A DNA stretch of 64,000 nt, from positions 128,001-192,000 of the forward strand of contig CAWBHS010000060.1 of the NCBI GenBank assembly GCA_963788655.1, given 5' to 3'. The notes below the pieces were generated by a model. The model saw only the letters and a program-made list of their open reading frames with translations, made no database searches and was not told the DNA's origin. The position numbers and the translations under genes are program-made. The stretch is from an uncultured Verrucomicrobiae bacterium (lineage in GTDB: Bacteria; Verrucomicrobiota; Verrucomicrobiia; Limisphaerales; JAFGQR01). This document shows positions 60,988 through 64,000 of the stretch, one piece after another (within the stretch, counting starts at the first letter, position 1; each line of letters opens with the position of its first letter).

Positions 60988-61848
60988 GGTAGCGGCACGA
61001 ATGTTTTTTGGCGATTCAGTTTCGATCCCGGCAAGGGTAAACCGTTTTTTCATCCGTTAGCTCCGGGCGGGCACACGCCTCTGACCAACTTCAAACCCGC
61101 GGACCATCCGTGGCATTACGCGCTGTGGTTCTCTTGGAAATACATCAACCACCCCAACGACCCCAAGCACGTGAATTATTGGGAGGAAGACCGCACTACC
61201 GGTCATGCGCAAGGCAAAACCCGCTGGGATCCTCCGACGATTGAGACGCAGCCGGACGGGCGGGCCACCATCCGGCTGAGGCTCAGCTATGTGAATCCTT
61301 CGGGCGAAACCGAGATGACCGAACTTCGGGAACTGCACGTTTCTGAGCCCGCGGCAGATGGCGGCTTCTCCATTGACTGGCAAGCGCACTTCACGGCTGG
61401 CGACCAAGACCTGGTCCTCGACCGGACGCCGATGCCCGGCGAACCGGGCGGTGCGGTGAACGGCGGCTACGCCGGCTTGAGCGCGCGCATGGTTCCGCTG
61501 CCGGTTACCATGTCGGTGGTCACCACCGCCGGACCAGTGGAGCGGTTTGTCAGGAATCGCGCCCGGCCCAATGCCGCGGCGGTGGCCTGCAATTTCAGCG
61601 ACGGTTCGCGGGACATCGGCAGCCTCGCCTTCTTCTCCGACCCGGCCAACACCGGCGGGGACGCAGCGTGGTACATCATTGATTCCAAACAAATGCCATT
61701 TGTTTGCCAGGCGCTGCTGGCGCCCAAGCCCAAATCGGTGCCGGCGCATGGCGAATTCACCCTGCGCTACCGGATCGGCGTCAGCCCAAATTCGTGGACG
61801 CAGGCCGGATTGGAAGCCGCCCAGAAGGAATGGCTAAAGAAGAAATAA
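60859..61848 (+). CDS. DUF6807 / so-called PmoA-family secreted protein (not methane monooxygenase)
   Basis: KPFFHPL, PADHPWHYALWFSW, NYWE, GYAGLSAR, LRYRI. Confidence 0.8.
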   Translation: MTLMNTTKPFSIGQAASVGLLVLGLFPTAALGEWQRDDTSLAWGSGTNVFWRFSFDPGKGKPFFHPLAPGGHTPLTNFKPADHPWHYALWFSWKYINHPNDPKHVNYWEEDRTTGHAQGKTRWDPPTIETQPDGRATIRLRLSYVNPSGETEMTELRELHVSEPAADGGFSIDWQAHFTAGDQDLVLDRTPMPGEPGGAVNGGYAGLSARMVPLPVTMSVVTTAGPVERFVRNRARPNAAAVACNFSDGSRDIGSLAFFSDPANTGGDAAWYIIDSKQMPFVCQALLAPKPKSVPAHGEFTLRYRIGVSPNSWTQAGLEAAQKEWLKKK

Positions 61849-61975
61849 GCCCCGGGCGTTGAAGTCAGCAACCTCCGGAAAACCGGAGGCTTGAAGCGAT
61901 GAGCGGCTCAAAGCCATCGGTGCATCGCAGCGGCCTCGGCGAATCATGGCGTATTGGTTTGCGGACGTTTCCTTG

Positions 61976-62171
61976 CCCCTCACCCCGGCCCTATCCCCCA
62001 GGGAGAGGGAGAATGCTCGGCGCCCGCCGGAGATATTCGACCGCTGCCGAATATTTGTGGCCGATGCGTGCTAACCAGGAGACGGCGCCGAACGCGCACT
62101 GGCCGACTGAACCTTCGACACAGCTCCGCCGGCTCTTCCCTCTCCCTGAGGGAGAGGGTCAGGGTGAGGGG
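61976..62171. repeat. REP doublet (CCCTCACCC...GGGAGAGGG family)
   Basis: cccctcaccccggccctatcccccagggagaggga ... tccctctccctgagggagagggtcagggtgagggg. Confidence 0.8.
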
Positions 62172-62368
62172 GAACCAACCGCCCCGCCAAGCCAGCAGTC
62201 TCCAAGCCTCCCGGAAATCTGGAACGACACGAGTCCTCCGGTGCCGCCGGAGATATCGCGGTCCGCAAATGACACCCCAGCCAAGAGCGGTTCGCCAATG
62301 ACAACGAGGCGCACAGGATGCTGTCGATTGCATTTCTCTTTTGTCGATCCCCCGCTCCGGCTCCCATC

Positions 62369-62431
62369 AACACCCCGTTTCAACGGGGAGTGGGGCGGAC
62401 GGCGATGGGGGCGAACTGTTTCAACGGTTTC
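62369..62431. repeat. REP-like palindromes (CCCCG-TTTCAA-CGGGG / AAC.G-TTTCAA-CGGTT)
   Basis: aacaccccgtttcaacgggg ... aactgtttcaacggttt. Confidence 0.55.
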
Positions 62432-62495
62432 TTGGCTTGCCAGTGACTTCCAATCAGGCAAAGACTGGCGCATGTCGCTTCACTCCTACACAGCT

Positions 62496-63883
62496 ATGAA
62501 TACGAACAGAGTAATACAGAATCGGAAAGACGGACAGACAGCCAGGAAGATATCCCGGCGACGTGCGATCAAGTTCCTCGCAAAAACCGGCGCCGCCGGA
62601 GTGGCCAGCTTTTCCATTGTGCCCAGCCGTATGCTTGGAGGCGAGGCAGCCCCCAGCAACAAGGTCATCATGGCGGCCATCGGTACCGGCGGCCGTTCCC
62701 CGGCCGATACCGGGGCCCTGGCCAGGTTCGCGGATGTGCAATTCGCCGCGGTGTGCGATGTGGACCTGGCCCGGGCCCGGCAGAACGCCAAACGCCTGAA
62801 GCTGGACGAGAAGAGTATCTATCAGGATTACCGCCCCATGCTGGAACGTAATGACATTGATGCTGTCGTCATCGCCAGCCCTGACCATTGGCACGCCCTG
62901 CACTCCATCGACGCCGCGCTTGCGGGCAAGGATGTCTATGTCGAAAAGTGCATGACCCTGACCGTCGCCGAGGGGCGGGCGATGGTCAAAGCCATCCGCA
63001 AAAACAAGCGCGTGTTGCAGGTGGGCAGCCAGCAGCGTTCCCAATCCAACTTCCACCGCGCGTGCATGCTGATCCGCAACGGCTACATCGGGAAGGTCAC
63101 CAAGGTGATCGGTGTCAACTTTGCCGGCGCCTGGGAATGTAAACTACCGGCCCAGCCCGTTCCGAGAGACCCTGGACTGGGACAAGTGGATGGGCCAGGT
63201 GGAGCCCAAGCCATTCAACGAGAATATCCGCACCAGTCGATCCCGTCCGGGGTGGCTGTCGATCAAGGATTTTTGCGGCGGCGAGATTTGCGGTTGGGGT
63301 GCGCATGACCTGGACCAGGTGCAATGGGCGCTGGGCATGGACGAAAGCCGGCCCGACCGAAGTGTGGGTGGAAGGCCAGCCATACAAGCCCTGGATCGCC
63401 GACGAAAACTCGAAGTATGGCCGGTTCTTCGGCGCCAAGGAGACCATCATCCACATGATGTATCCCGGAGGCATACCCTTGGAACTTTCGGAAAATGCCA
63501 ATCCCAACGGGGGCGCCCTGTTCATCGGCGAGAAGGGGCGAATCCGCATCGACCGCGGGCGGTTTGAGGTCAGCGACCCAGCGTGGAAGACCATCCCGCT
63601 GGAAAACATGCCCGTGCAACTGTACACCGCCCGCAACCACTATCGGAACTTCGTGGATGGCATCAAAGAGCGTGAGAAGTGTGTGTGCGATGTGGAGATC
63701 GGGCACCGTTCGGCCACGGTGTGTCACCTGGGCAACATCGCCCGCTGGGTCAGCCAGCAGACTCAGACGGTCGGCACCAAGCTGATCTGGGATCCCGTCA
63801 AGGAAGAGTTCAAAGACAACGCCCTGGCCAACTCGATGCTGGACCGTCCGCGCCGGAAGGGATTTGAACTGCCAAAGGTCTGA
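62496..63883 (+). CDS. Tat-exported Gfo/Idh/MocA oxidoreductase; frameshifts near 63165 and 63350
   Basis: SRRRAIK, IGTGGR, AVCDVD, IASPDHWH, KDVYVEK, QVGSQQRS, LDWDKWMG, WGAHDLD, CHLGNIA. Confidence 0.88.
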
Positions 63884-63902
63884 GCACCTGTCTGGAAAAT
63901 CC

Positions 63903-63940
63903 GGAGCGCGGCTGTGTCATCCTCGACCAGCCGCAGCAGG
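63903..63940. repeat. REP-like palindrome (GCGGCTG...CAGCCGC)
   Basis: ggagcgcggctgtgtcatcctcgaccagccgcagc. Confidence 0.5.
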
Positions 63941-64000
63941 TGTCGAATTTCCAGCTCAATGCGTTTCTCCCACCGCCCCACGGCTGGTCTTCGGTACAGC

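Noticed and set aside
60859..61848. Particulate methane monooxygenase subunit A
   Set aside because: A soluble secreted protein with no multi-TM profile and no pmoC or pmoB; the PmoA family label is a misnomer here.
61899..62495. N-terminal 200 aa of the 61899..63308 ORF
   Set aside because: Read-through of REP palindromes (PSPRPYPPGRG, PLPEGEGQGEG); the Tat-signal start is at 62496.

Overview
This is a GC-rich bacterial chromosomal window. Gene content and protein style (DUF1080/DUF6807, BatD/E, Bacteroides-type IlvC, Verrucomicrobia-style secreted proteins) suggest a Verrucomicrobiota/PVC organism; that assignment is inference. Housekeeping genes include glnE, ilvN-ilvC, a cyclophilin, gmd, recR-ybaB-dnaX with the SRP RNA, and PPi-dependent PEPCK. 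Polysaccharide-degradation genes include GH2, a GH5/42-like enzyme and two beta-helix enzymes. There is also a TRAP transporter with a USP, PhoD, MscS, a glycyl-radical hydroxyproline dehydratase (HypD) with its activase, and an IorAB-type molybdoenzyme with XdhC. Many genes, including the essential dnaX, are broken by single-base insertions, most likely long-read errors rather than pseudogenes. Intergenic spaces hold at least eight distinct REP-like palindrome families. No rRNA, tRNA, CRISPR, integrase or transposase was seen. Best leads: (1) an operon pairing a secreted beta-propeller/non-canonical di-heme protein with a chorismatase (FkbO/Hyg5)-like protein amid glycan enzymes; (2) a 3.2-kb integrase-free cassette flanked by a diverged duplication of a gene's 5' end; (3) HypD without a neighbouring P5C reductase; (4) a 135-bp REP tandem that supplies the MscS C-terminus; (5) a Lys/Pro/Ser-tailed secreted protein near a lone CotH kinase.
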